Below are positions 8,636 to 18,370 of a DNA stretch of 64,000 nt, in pieces. The notes beneath the pieces are model-generated. The model was not told the DNA's origin. It did not search any database and saw only the letters and a program-made list of their open reading frames with translations. The stretch's first letter is position 1, and each line of letters starts with the position of its first letter. The position numbers and the translations under genes are program-made. The stretch comes from Chloroflexota bacterium (GTDB lineage: Bacteria; Chloroflexota; Anaerolineae; Aggregatilineales; Phototrophicaceae). The stretch covers positions 71,890 to 135,889 of the forward strand of contig WTGO01000069.1 of assembly GCA_011523515.1 (NCBI GenBank), in the 5' to 3' direction.

Positions 8636-10155
8636 CGCTGCAGGGCAGGCTCGTATTCTGCATTATCGGTTTCCTCGTGATCATTTCGCCTCTGCGAGCG
8701 CAAGGCGCCAGGCTCAGTCTCGGAGACATCGTCGAAGGCAGCCTGGCCGCCGGTGAAACCCATCGCTTTTCCGTCAACGCGCTGGAATTGACGCTCGTGT
8801 CGATCCGAGTCGAGTCGTTGGACGGCGCGCTGGACCCTGTGGTCGAGCTCTTCGATAGCGGCGACGAATTGATCCACGCGAGCGACGATTACGACTATTC
8901 CAACACGCGCGACGCCGCCATCCAGGCCTTCGTTTTGCCCAAAACCTCAACCTATTCAATCGCGGTGAGTGGACATGCCGGCAGCAGCGGCGACTACCGA
9001 CTCTATTTTATGCCCGGTTACGATGTGCTGGCGTTGCACGACGCTACTATGGACAAGACCAAATGGAAGTTCGTCTACAGCGACACCGCTATCGATGTGT
9101 CCGAGTCGAGCTTGTACGCGGTTGAACTGCAAGGCTTCGCTCGCTCGGCAGGTGTGCTGGGCGAACACTTCCCCCAAGCGCAGGATTTCTACTTCCAGGC
9201 GACATTTCATGAAGTCACATCAGCCGCCGATTGGAACGTGGGTCTGCTCTTTCGTTACATCGACAATCAGAATTTCCACCGCCTCTTGCTCAGCAAGACT
9301 GGCTTCTGGCGCCTGGACCGTATCGAGAACGGCGCAAGCATACAACTTAAATACTGGTCGACTCATCCGGCGATCCGGCCCGGCGAAAAGGATTTTCGCT
9401 TGGGCATTCTGGCCAGCGGGCAGCACTTCGACGCCGTCTATAACGGACAGGTCGTCGGTTCCGCCTCCGACAGCGCCGAGCCGCAAGCCGGCGGCATGGG
9501 CATCGCCATGCGCACAGACGAAGTGACCGGCGGGCTCATGTCCCTTGCAGTACTGGAAGCCCTGCTGACGCTGCCGACCCGCGTTAACGACCGGATTTTG
9601 TTTCCGCAGCGGGTGGTGGAACGGCAGACTTACTTGATGGCGCGCGACCTGGCGCGCAAACAGTTGGCGCCCGCAGGCCGCAACGTTGGCTTCGTGCAGC
9701 CCGAGAGCTCCGTGCGTCATGTGCGGACCGGCGTGACCCGCATATCCATAGCCTCAGAGCGAACTTATGAACAGTTTGCGCTTGGCGCTTCCGTGACCCT
9801 TCAAACTTCCGAGGCTGGAAATGGCGGCTGTGGCATTTTCTTCCACTTCAATGACGACAATCACTATACACTGGCTTACTTGACCAAAGACGGCGAATAC
9901 GGCGTCTCAAGGCGCGCGGGTGATGGCTTTGAGCCGGGCATCTACGGCAAGCGCGCCGCTCCTGACGATGCCGAGCATTATCTGCTGGTCATCGCGTCGG
10001 ACGCGGAGATACATTACTTTCTGGACGAAGTGTACGTCGGCAGTATGTCGTCGCAGCCGCGTACCGGCAGCATCGGCATTGCCGTGGTCAACTATGAAGC
10101 GGTAGAAACCACTTGCCGCTTTGGCGACCTGTGGGTGCAAAGCTTCGACGAATAA
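8632..10155 (+). CDS. secreted hypothetical protein: PPC-like beta-sandwich + two LamG/DUF1080-like jelly-roll repeats
   Basis: Signal peptide MTLQGRLVFCIIGFLVIISPLRAQG. The N-terminal segment GSLAAGETHRFSV...DPVVELFDSGDELIHASDDY...YSIAVSGH..SGDYRLYF is typical of pre-peptidase C-terminal-type domains. Two internal repeats follow (WNVGLLFRYIDNQNFHRLLL... and GGCGIFFHFNDDNHYTLAYL...). Confidence 0.55.
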   Translation: MTLQGRLVFCIIGFLVIISPLRAQGARLSLGDIVEGSLAAGETHRFSVNALELTLVSIRVESLDGALDPVVELFDSGDELIHASDDYDYSNTRDAAIQAFVLPKTSTYSIAVSGHAGSSGDYRLYFMPGYDVLALHDATMDKTKWKFVYSDTAIDVSESSLYAVELQGFARSAGVLGEHFPQAQDFYFQATFHEVTSAADWNVGLLFRYIDNQNFHRLLLSKTGFWRLDRIENGASIQLKYWSTHPAIRPGEKDFRLGILASGQHFDAVYNGQVVGSASDSAEPQAGGMGIAMRTDEVTGGLMSLAVLEALLTLPTRVNDRILFPQRVVERQTYLMARDLARKQLAPAGRNVGFVQPESSVRHVRTGVTRISIASERTYEQFALGASVTLQTSEAGNGGCGIFFHFNDDNHYTLAYLTKDGEYGVSRRAGDGFEPGIYGKRAAPDDAEHYLLVIASDAEIHYFLDEVYVGSMSSQPRTGSIGIAVVNYEAVETTCRFGDLWVQSFDE

Positions 10156-10262
10156 TGTTTGCTGCGGTCAATGAAAGCTTGTAAAACTCGTCTAGCGTCG
10201 CAGTCATCACAGGCGCCAACGTGTAAAAGGCGACTCGTAGAGCCATACGACATTCAGTGACA

Positions 10263-11036
10263 CTAATTGCCCGTGAATTCCGGCGGACGCCGTTCTCGAA
10301 ATGACGCGAGTCCTTCTTGGGCGTCGTTTGTATGGGCGGACAGCGCGTCGGCGAGCGCTTCCAATGTAGCGCCCGCTCCGCCTTGAAGCCCGCCGTCGAC
10401 AGCCTGCTTGGCGAATTGCACCGCCAAGGGCGCATTGGCGGCAATCTGCTGTGCGAGCTCGTCCGCGCGCTGATCCAGGCGCTCCCGCGGCAGGACTTCG
10501 TTGACCAATCCCCACCGCTCGGCGGATTGCGCTGAAATGCGTTGTCCGGACATGATCATCTGCTTGGCGCGACCAGGCCCAATCACGGCGGGCAAACGCT
10601 GTGTGCCGCCCCAGCCCGGCACAGTGGCGATGGATACTTCGGGAAAGCCGAGTTCTATGCCTTCGGCGGCGAGGCGCATATCGGCGGCCAGCGCAAGTTC
10701 CAAGCCGCCGCCCAAGGTAAAGCCGTTGAGAACCGCAATCACGGGCTGTCGCAAGCCGGCGATGCGGTCAAACAGCCGCTGCCCGTCACGTGTCCAACGG
10801 CGCCACATATCGAGGGGCGCCAGCGCTGTCCACTCATTGATGTCAGCGCCGACGCAAAAGGCGCGGTCGCCGCGCGCCTGAATTATCACGACGCGGATCG
10901 AGTCACTCCGATCGATTTGCTCGACGATAGCCGTCAGCTGATCCAGCATTTCAACATCGATGGCGTTCAGTTTGTCGGGACGATTCAGTTCGATCCGCGC
11001 GACAAATCCATTGACTACGAGCTTGATCTTGCTCAT
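10263..11036 (-). CDS. enoyl-CoA hydratase/isomerase (crotonase family)
   Basis: FCVGADI, GFTLGGGLELALAADMRLA, EVSIATVPGWGGTQRL. ATG 11036 overlaps the upstream stop (TGATG). Confidence 0.85.
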   Translation of the reverse strand: MSKIKLVVNGFVARIELNRPDKLNAIDVEMLDQLTAIVEQIDRSDSIRVVIIQARGDRAFCVGADINEWTALAPLDMWRRWTRDGQRLFDRIAGLRQPVIAVLNGFTLGGGLELALAADMRLAAEGIELGFPEVSIATVPGWGGTQRLPAVIGPGRAKQMIMSGQRISAQSAERWGLVNEVLPRERLDQRADELAQQIAANAPLAVQFAKQAVDGGLQGGAGATLEALADALSAHTNDAQEGLASFRERRPPEFTGN

Positions 11037-12631
11037 CAAGCGTCCTTTTGCGATCCTAGACTTAGTGTCATCAGCTCGGGAGAGAATAGACGCGCGTCCA
11101 TCTCGCGGAGTTGGGCGCTGACGCGCAATGAAACGCCGGCCTGATTCAGTACATCTTCCTCCAGGCGAATACCCGGCACGATCTCGGTCACTGTCAGCCC
11201 TTGCGCCTCCAGCGCTATGACGCAGCGCTCCGTAATATAGGTCACGTTTTGCCCGTTCTCGCGCGCCCGTACGCCGCTAAAGGTAACTTCTTCAATCTGC
11301 GGAACAAATTTTTTGAACCGCCCCTCCTGCAGAATGCGCAGTCCACCGTTTACGATATCAAGCTTGAGCCCGCCAGCTGTAAAGTAGCTGCTGAAGACGA
11401 TGTGCCGGGCCTGCGCCGTGATATCGATAAAGCCGCCGATACCGGCTGTAACATGAGGTTTGGACGCCAACCGTGATACATTCACGCTGCCCTCCCCGTC
11501 CACTTCCATGAATGAGAGCAGCGTGCGATCAAAACCGCCGCCCTGGAAGAAGGTGAATTGATCGGGCGACGCGATAATGGCTTCGACATTTGAGGCGCAG
11601 CCGAACTGAAAGTCTTGCAGGGGAAGCCCGCCGATGGCGCCTTGCTCAATGGCCCAGGTGACGGCGCCGTGCAATCCTTCTTCGAGCAGAATATATGGCG
11701 CCAGCGCGGAAATGCCGAAGCCCAGGTTGACCGTTTCGCCGGCCAAAAGCGTCATGGCTGCGCGCCGCGCGATAATCTTGGAGACGCCCCAATCCACCGG
11801 GGCGAAGCTCGCTAATGGGCGGGGCTGCTCGCCGCTGATGTCCGGCTCATATCGCGTCTGCGTGGTCTGCATCTGGTCTGGATCCAGCACGATGTGGTCC
11901 ACCAGTGTACCCGGCACACGAATCGATTGGGGCGGCAGCGTCCCGGTCGGGACGATACGCTTGACCTGAGCAATCACTCGGCCACCGTTATTTCGCGCGG
12001 CCAAGGCCTGGTCCATTACGCCCAGGTAGGCGCCTTCGTGCTCCATGGACAGGTTGCCTTTCTCATCGGCGCTTGTCGCGCGGATGATGGCAACATCGAC
12101 CGGAATTGATTTGAAAAACAGCCATTCTTCACCGGCGAACTCAACGCGGGTGACGATATCTTCCGTGGTGACGCGGTTCATTTTGCCGCCACGATGGGCG
12201 GGGTCTACAACCGTATCCCAGCCAACCTTGGTCAGGACGCCCGGGCGTTTGGCGGCGGCTTCACGATGCATATGGAAAATGATGCCGCTGGGCAGGTTAT
12301 AGGCTTCGACTTCATCGCGGTGAATCATTTGCCAAATGCGCGGCGATTCTCTTGAAGAGGGACCGCTGGGATAGGAACCGGCGATTGCGCGCTTGAGCAA
12401 ACCCGGCCTGGCGATGTGATCAATGCCATCGATGCCGTACATATCACCGGCGGCGATAGGATGGATCGTGGTAATTTGTCGCGGCCGGCCGGATCTTGCA
12501 AAGCGCTCGCCAATTGCCTTCAGGGTCGCATCCGGGCATCCCAGGCCGCTCGATGAACTGACCGACACGACCGCGTGGTCCGGTATCAACTCAGCAACCG
12601 CTGCCAGAGATGTGAGTTTGCTATACGCCAT
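11036..12631 (-). CDS. fused-subunit family I acyl-CoA:acetate/3-ketoacid CoA-transferase (YdiF-like)
   Basis: 531 aa covering both alpha- and beta-like halves. It carries glycine-rich motifs (SSSGLGCPD, AIEQGAIGGLP, GIGGFIDIT) typical of YdiF-type CoA transferases. Confidence 0.75.
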   Translation of the reverse strand: MAYSKLTSLAAVAELIPDHAVVSVSSSSGLGCPDATLKAIGERFARSGRPRQITTIHPIAAGDMYGIDGIDHIARPGLLKRAIAGSYPSGPSSRESPRIWQMIHRDEVEAYNLPSGIIFHMHREAAAKRPGVLTKVGWDTVVDPAHRGGKMNRVTTEDIVTRVEFAGEEWLFFKSIPVDVAIIRATSADEKGNLSMEHEGAYLGVMDQALAARNNGGRVIAQVKRIVPTGTLPPQSIRVPGTLVDHIVLDPDQMQTTQTRYEPDISGEQPRPLASFAPVDWGVSKIIARRAAMTLLAGETVNLGFGISALAPYILLEEGLHGAVTWAIEQGAIGGLPLQDFQFGCASNVEAIIASPDQFTFFQGGGFDRTLLSFMEVDGEGSVNVSRLASKPHVTAGIGGFIDITAQARHIVFSSYFTAGGLKLDIVNGGLRILQEGRFKKFVPQIEEVTFSGVRARENGQNVTYITERCVIALEAQGLTVTEIVPGIRLEEDVLNQAGVSLRVSAQLREMDARLFSPELMTLSLGSQKDA

Positions 12632-12700
12632 TCAGTTTTCCCGTCGAGCTGCCGCTCGCAAACGCTCCGCAACGCAGAACACTGCCTGATTTCTCCAAAG

Positions 12701-12729
12701 ATAATAGGTGGATAGGCGCGCGCTGTCAA
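12701..12729 (-). promoter_or_regulatory. near-consensus sigma-70-type promoter TTGACA-N17-TATTAT for the CoA-transferase operon
   Basis: Minus strand: TTGACA (12729-12724), 17-nt spacer, TATTAT (12706-12701). About 70 nt upstream of ATG 12631. Confidence 0.55.
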
Positions 12730-12892
12730 AAAGTCGGCCAGCCATGAATGGCAGATCGGAGCGCGACAGCTGGCGGACGTATATCCGCGTTAACGACAGC
12801 CGAGCCATGCAGCGGCTGGACGCAGGCGGGTCAGGTCAACTAAACTACCTGCGCGGGATCAGCATACTTCGGACAGCGCGTAAGGTGGCGAT

Positions 12893-14041
12893 GTGATTCA
12901 AGATCGGCAGCGGTTTGCAGGGCGCATTCGCGCAGCCCTAAATTTCGCAGGGCGGCAATTGCGCCATCTGGTCACCGTCCATCCAGACTATTTCCCGATG
13001 TATACGGTTGCGGGCAAGTGGAAGCACGGCGGCGAGGCCTGGACAAATTGGTGCGAGGGATTTCTGGGCGGGCAATTATGGCTGATGTTCGCTTACACAG
13101 GCGATTTGTGGTGGCGCGATTCAGCTGTACATTATTCGCGCCTGATTGAGCACCGAAAGACAGATGACTCCGTACACGATCTGGGATTCCTGTTTTGGTC
13201 GACTTGGCGGCGCTGGTACGATTACGCGCCGAACGACTCCATCAACGCTGTTCTAATTGAAGCGGGGAAGACGGCCGGCTCGCGCTTTCGCGAAAATGGA
13301 CAGTACCTGCCCTCCTTTGTCTCCGCCGAAAGCAGCTTCATCGACATTATGATGAACGTCGGTATCATATTCTACGCGGCTGAGCAAAGCGGCGATGCGG
13401 CGCTCGCGCAAAGTGCGGCCAGGCACTGTCACACCACTCGGCGTTATCTGGTGCGCGGCGACGGTAGCACGGCGCACGAAGGGCTCTTCAATACCGACAC
13501 TGGTGATTTCCTCCGCGCAAGCACGCATCAGGGCTGGCGAGACGATTCGTCGTGGGCGCGGGGCTTAACCTGGGCCATTTACGGTTTCGGAACCGCGTAC
13601 CAGTTTACGCGGGGCATTCGCTTTCTGCAGACCGCCGAAGCCTGCGCCGCGTATTACATTAAACACACAGCGACGCACGGCGTGCCGCCGAACGATTGGT
13701 TGGAGCCCGATCCAGCAGACCCATTCGAAAGCTCGGCCGCGGCCATCGCTGCGAGCGCGTTTTTGCAGCTGGCCGAACTCGCCACGGACGCCGTTAGGGC
13801 GCGCATGTATCAACAGTATGCCTTCACAATTTTGGACAGACTGCTGCAGCCGGACTTCCTCGCGCTGGAGACGCCGCAGTGGGAGGGCATACTGAAGCAG
13901 GGAACGTACCACCAACGACTGGGTTTAGGCGTCAATGAAAGCGTCATGTGGGGCGAATACTTTTTCCTGGAAGCGCTCCTGAGCGCGCTGAATATCTTGA
14001 CTGACGGCGGCGGCGCTGTTTCGGCACGTCCGGGCGGCTAA
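12893..14041 (+). CDS. GH88-like unsaturated glucuronyl hydrolase (GH88/GH105 clan)
   Basis: WTNWCEGFLGGQLWLMFAYTGD, HDLGFLF, WARGLTWAIYGF, PPNDWLEP. No signal peptide. GTG start with AAGGTGG upstream. Confidence 0.7.
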   Translation: MIQDRQRFAGRIRAALNFAGRQLRHLVTVHPDYFPMYTVAGKWKHGGEAWTNWCEGFLGGQLWLMFAYTGDLWWRDSAVHYSRLIEHRKTDDSVHDLGFLFWSTWRRWYDYAPNDSINAVLIEAGKTAGSRFRENGQYLPSFVSAESSFIDIMMNVGIIFYAAEQSGDAALAQSAARHCHTTRRYLVRGDGSTAHEGLFNTDTGDFLRASTHQGWRDDSSWARGLTWAIYGFGTAYQFTRGIRFLQTAEACAAYYIKHTATHGVPPNDWLEPDPADPFESSAAAIAASAFLQLAELATDAVRARMYQQYAFTILDRLLQPDFLALETPQWEGILKQGTYHQRLGLGVNESVMWGEYFFLEALLSALNILTDGGGAVSARPGG

Positions 14042-14059
14042 CGACGATCTGCCCAGCTG

Positions 14060-16144
14060 TCAGTGCTCTCCCCGGCGCAATATCCGGCAGGTCTTTGCGC
14101 CAACGACATCGGGTTCCCCCGCCAGCCCGATAGCGTCGATAGTTACATGGCCTTTGTCCCATACCACCAGGCCAGCACCTATTCGCTCGATCTGTATTCG
14201 GCCGTCCGGGACTTCAAGCGTTAGCGCCGAATGCTGGGGACCGTGATAAGCGGCGACCCATAACTCAGCCTCCGGCAGTCCGACCAGCCAGGCGGCCTCC
14301 TCCCCGCAACTCAATGTAGCGTGGCCGACTTTGATGACGCCGGTCCGACTTTCCCTGGCCAGAGGCGAAGCGAGCATCGGGAAGCCCAGGTCGCCGCCAT
14401 GGGTCCAGCGCCGCTGAATCCGCCAACGCATGAGATCGACCTCAATGCCAAGTTCGTGATCGTCGCCTTGGTAAACCACGCTCCAATGCCGTGAATCTAC
14501 TCCGTCAAATGTACGAGCGTCGGCGACCTGCTCCTTTAGCCTCCCGCGCTTGAAGGCATTGAAGACTGCTTTGCCATCGGCGAAGCGGGAGCTGGCGACC
14601 ACCTCCACATAGAAGCTGTTATGGACATAGCCCTGGAAGAACGCGCCAGGATTAGCCAATTCCCAAAATGTCTTTTCCGGACCGAGGTAGTTATACATCT
14701 CCAGGACGAGGCTGCCGCGATGCTCCACGATGCGAACCGGCGCGTTTAACCCTAGCCTGCGGCGCGCCAGCGGACAGACCACAATGTAGACATTGCCGCA
14801 GGCGACCACAATGGCTGATCCCTCAGGCACTTCCACAGGCATGTCCTGTATGCGCGAGCCGTCAATCCAGAGCGCATCGACATCGTCCGCCTGGTTCCAG
14901 ATCAAGACGGCTTTGGCGCTGAAACAACGCGACCAGGCGTCAAGTTCGCGCGATGTATACAGGCCGATTGCGCGCGAGCCGGCGAGCACGCCGCGGAAAC
15001 TGCCTTCGTCGCGGAAGACGCCGTCGCTCGCGCGCGACGGTGTCGTCCGGAAGTCTCCCAGCCACTTGTCGTTGATCAAATAGCGGGAGAAGACCACACC
15101 TGGCGTGGTCTGGTTTTCTCTGGTGTAGTGGATCGAGAAGACATTGGCTTGATTGCTGATGAAACGGTTTGACTGCGTCGCCAACTCTTGTGTCGCCACG
15201 CCGATGCTGTAGTCGGCATCCAGAGTGCTCGAAATGACGACGCCGGCCTCAGCATCGGATGTTTCCTCCACCATCATGGGCGTGGCGCGCTGGTTCAACA
15301 CGGTCTCAAGCCAAGCGGGAACCTTGCCCTGGGCCAGCATCCGGGAAAATATCGATGCCTCCGGGGGCGTCTGAAATACGAGATGGGGATAATAAGCGCG
15401 GCAATGGGGCGGGGCCAGCCGACCGGTCTTGGCATGCAGGCGCAGGCCGACACTGAGCCCGACGCGCGCGATAACCAACTTGGCGAGCATGCAGGCTTCC
15501 GCATGGCGGGACAAGACGACCACCTTGTGCAGCGCTTCAATCAACACGAATGAATATGTCGGGCTGTTGTACTCGTGGGGGATACCGCTCCGATTGATGA
15601 CATTGAGCCAGTGGCGAAGTTTGTCCGCGCCGCGCCGCGTATATTCGGGCAGGTTCAATAGCTGGCCGCCCAATAGTGAATTGGCAATATCCTGCGCCAC
15701 TATATTGGAATAGACGGGTGAAACGTCGATCCCGCGAATGGCGTCCAGGCCGAGTTGAATACGCGCTCGGGTACGTTGTACTAACGGGTCCGACAAGCGA
15801 TCGGAGTGCTTCATTAGCAAGGGTATCAGGCGAATAAGCACGAATTGGACGGCGTTCAAGTCCTCCACCGCCTGATCTTCGCGCTCCCACCTGAAGTTGC
15901 CGTAGTGCGGCGAATGCGCGTCCATATCCTGGCAGCCCATTACGGCATCTATGATCGCTTCAGCGCGCCGGACCTCGGCTGGCGATCCACGCTCGACCAA
16001 AGCCACGGCGTACTCGGCGGACATCCAGGCCGAGTGGAAAATGCCGTTGTCGATGACGTTGGCGACAAGCTGCGCCTCCGGGTTGAAATAGTGTGGCGCC
16101 GCATTTGGGCTCGCTTGCGGAAAGAGCTCGGCGGGTTCTAGCAT
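14060..16144 (-). CDS. hypothetical 694-aa cytoplasmic protein, last gene of the Opp-type operon (candidate glycan-active enzyme, family not recognised)
   Basis: Long ORF with coding-like composition and ATG with GAAAGG upstream. The helix-rich N-terminal ~300 aa (HSPHYGNFRWERED, HEYNSPTYS) is followed by a beta-rich C-terminal half. No signal peptide and no motif I can assign. Confidence 0.6.
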   Translation of the reverse strand: MLEPAELFPQASPNAAPHYFNPEAQLVANVIDNGIFHSAWMSAEYAVALVERGSPAEVRRAEAIIDAVMGCQDMDAHSPHYGNFRWEREDQAVEDLNAVQFVLIRLIPLLMKHSDRLSDPLVQRTRARIQLGLDAIRGIDVSPVYSNIVAQDIANSLLGGQLLNLPEYTRRGADKLRHWLNVINRSGIPHEYNSPTYSFVLIEALHKVVVLSRHAEACMLAKLVIARVGLSVGLRLHAKTGRLAPPHCRAYYPHLVFQTPPEASIFSRMLAQGKVPAWLETVLNQRATPMMVEETSDAEAGVVISSTLDADYSIGVATQELATQSNRFISNQANVFSIHYTRENQTTPGVVFSRYLINDKWLGDFRTTPSRASDGVFRDEGSFRGVLAGSRAIGLYTSRELDAWSRCFSAKAVLIWNQADDVDALWIDGSRIQDMPVEVPEGSAIVVACGNVYIVVCPLARRRLGLNAPVRIVEHRGSLVLEMYNYLGPEKTFWELANPGAFFQGYVHNSFYVEVVASSRFADGKAVFNAFKRGRLKEQVADARTFDGVDSRHWSVVYQGDDHELGIEVDLMRWRIQRRWTHGGDLGFPMLASPLARESRTGVIKVGHATLSCGEEAAWLVGLPEAELWVAAYHGPQHSALTLEVPDGRIQIERIGAGLVVWDKGHVTIDAIGLAGEPDVVGAKTCRILRRGEH

Positions 16145-16220
16145 CTTGTGACGACCTTTCTAGTGAACAGCCTGGTGTGCAGGAAGCTGGGCGCGCGTCA
16201 TGCGGCCGGTCGGGGCGCGT

Positions 16221-17300
16221 TCAGCCGATATCATTGCTTGCCGCGCCAATGGATTCAAAGCCGCGTAGCTCCAATTCCTCGGCAAAATGGCAAGCCACCC
16301 AATGATTTTGGCCAAGCTCGCGGACGGGAGGCTCTTCGAGTCGGCAGCGGTCCTGGGCGAATCGGCAGCGCGGGTGAAAATAACATCCGCCGGGCGGATT
16401 GCCGGGATCGGCGACCTCTCCCTCCAAGCGGATTCGCACGCCTTTGTTGCGCAGACGCGGATCAGGCTTGGGCACTGCCGACAGCAGCGCTTCGGTGTAG
16501 GGATGCAGCGGATTATTGAAGAGTTCCTCGGTCGAGGCCAGCTCCACGATTTTGCCGACATACATCACGGCCACGCGATGGCTGATATGCTCGACAACGC
16601 TGAGATCATGAGCGATGAACAGATAAGTCAGGTTGAATTCTTCTTGCAGGTCTTGCAAGAGGTTTAGTATTTGCGCTTGAACCGAGACATCCAGGGCCGA
16701 GACCGCTTCATCGGCGACAATTAGGCGAGGGTTCAAAGCCAGCGCGCGGGCGATGCCGATGCGCTGGCGTTCCCCGCCGCTGAAAGCATGCGGATAGCGC
16801 CGAATATACTCGGGTCGCAGGCCGACCCGTTGCAGAAGCATCGCCACACGATCTTCCAGTTCGGATCCGCTGGCGACTCGATTCACCTTGAGCGACTCGC
16901 CGATGATCTGGAGTATCGGCAGCCGCGGATTCAATGAGGAGAACGGGTCTTGAAAAATCATGCGAATCTGGCGCCGGAAGGGTCGCAATTCTCGATTGTC
17001 CAATTCCGCCAGATCTATCGTTTCTTGTTCGTCCACGCGGTAGATGATCTGGCCTGAGGACGGGCTATATACGCGCGCGATGCAGCGGCCGGTCGTCGTC
17101 TTGCCACAGCCGGACTCGCCGACCAGGCTCAAGGTTTCGCCAGGCAGGATATAGAAGCTGACATCGTTAACCGCATGAACATAGCCGACGGTCCGCCGCA
17201 TCATGCCCCGTCTGATGGGGAAGCGCATGTGCAGATTGCGGACCTCCAGCAACGGACCCCGGCTATCAACCGGCGCATTGACAGCTGAATCAGGCTTCAA
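16221..17300 (-). CDS. Opp/Dpp-type ABC transporter ATP-binding protein (OppF/DppF-like)
   Basis: Walker [10 protein letters not shown], signature [15 protein letters not shown], Walker [14 protein letters not shown]-terminal oligopeptide-type extension [27 protein letters not shown]. Confidence 0.9.
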   Translation of the reverse strand: MKPDSAVNAPVDSRGPLLEVRNLHMRFPIRRGMMRRTVGYVHAVNDVSFYILPGETLSLVGESGCGKTTTGRCIARVYSPSSGQIIYRVDEQETIDLAELDNRELRPFRRQIRMIFQDPFSSLNPRLPILQIIGESLKVNRVASGSELEDRVAMLLQRVGLRPEYIRRYPHAFSGGERQRIGIARALALNPRLIVADEAVSALDVSVQAQILNLLQDLQEEFNLTYLFIAHDLSVVEHISHRVAVMYVGKIVELASTEELFNNPLHPYTEALLSAVPKPDPRLRNKGVRIRLEGEVADPGNPPGGCYFHPRCRFAQDRCRLEEPPVRELGQNHWVACHFAEELELRGFESIGAASNDIG

Positions 17301-18370
17301 CTTGGCAGCTCCTTGTCCGAATTAAGCTCGGGCGCGCCCGCATAAAGCAGGCAGCGTACGCTATGTTCGCGGCCGATGAATTGGCGGGGCGGGTCAATGC
17401 GATCGCATTTATGGGCGATAAAGTCGTCGCAGCGCGGATGGAAGGGACAGCCACGCGGGCGATCAAATGGATGCGGGACGATGCCTTTGATCGAATACAG
17501 CCGTCTGCGGTCATGGTTGCCATAGCGCGGAATCGATTGGAGGAGCGCGCGCGTATAGGGATGTTTGGGATCGTGGAAAATGGCATCGACGGCGCCGCTT
17601 TCCACATCGCGTCCGAGGTACATGACAACCACTTCATCCGCAATCTCGGCGACTACGCCCAGGTCGTGCGTGATAAAGAGCACGGACATGCCGGTAACCT
17701 GCTGCAAGTCACGAATGAGATCAAGTATGTTGGCTTGTGTGGTGACGTCCAGGGCCGTGGTTGGCTCGTCCGCTATGAGAACCTGCGGCTCGCAGGCGAG
17801 CGCGATGGCAATCATGGCGCGCTGGCGCATGCCGCCTGAGAGCTCGAATGAGTATGCGTCAAGCCGTTCGCTGGCGCGCGGAATGCCGACAAGATCAAGC
17901 ATGGCTGCGGCGCGTTTGCGCGCTTCCCGTTTCGTCACGGGCAAGTGAAGCATAATCGCTTCCATGATCTGGCTGCCGATCGTATGCACTGGACTCAGCG
18001 AGGACATGGGTTCCTGGAAGATCATGCTGATCTCACCGCCGCGGATTCGCCGGATCTCACGCCCTTTGGGGTTCATTGTGGCCAGGTCGATTGATCCGCC
18101 CTGCCGTTTCCTGAAGTTGATCTGCCCGGAGACAATCTCTCCCGGCGCCGGCACAATGCGCAGAATCGAGCGCGCAGTCACCGATTTGCCGCAGCCGGAT
18201 TCCCCGACGACACATAGGGTCTGGCCGCGTTTCAGCGTCAAATTAACGCCATCAACGGCCTTCACAACACCTTCGTCGGTGAAGAAGTGCGTCTGCAGAT
18301 TCCGCACGTCCAGCAGGACGCCGTCTGCGGCTGGCGCGCTGTTATCAAGCCTGGTATGGATCGGCTGCAT
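17297..18370 (-). CDS. Opp/Dpp-type ABC transporter ATP-binding protein (OppD/DppD-like)
   Basis: [55 protein letters not shown]. 4-nt overlap with the downstream gene. Confidence 0.9.
   Translation of the reverse strand: MQPIHTRLDNSAPAADGVLLDVRNLQTHFFTDEGVVKAVDGVNLTLKRGQTLCVVGESGCGKSVTARSILRIVPAPGEIVSGQINFRKRQGGSIDLATMNPKGREIRRIRGGEISMIFQEPMSSLSPVHTIGSQIMEAIMLHLPVTKREARKRAAAMLDLVGIPRASERLDAYSFELSGGMRQRAMIAIALACEPQVLIADEPTTALDVTTQANILDLIRDLQQVTGMSVLFITHDLGVVAEIADEVVVMYLGRDVESGAVDAIFHDPKHPYTRALLQSIPRYGNHDRRRLYSIKGIVPHPFDRPRGCPFHPRCDDFIAHKCDRIDPPRQFIGREHSVRCLLYAGAPELNSDKELPS

Noticed and set aside
10263-12631. CoA-transferase/enoyl-CoA hydratase operon as part of the glycan locus.
   Set aside because: It has its own strong promoter and diverges from the GH88-like gene. 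I know of no link between these activities and uronate, sialate or sulfated-sugar catabolism. Adjacency alone is insufficient.
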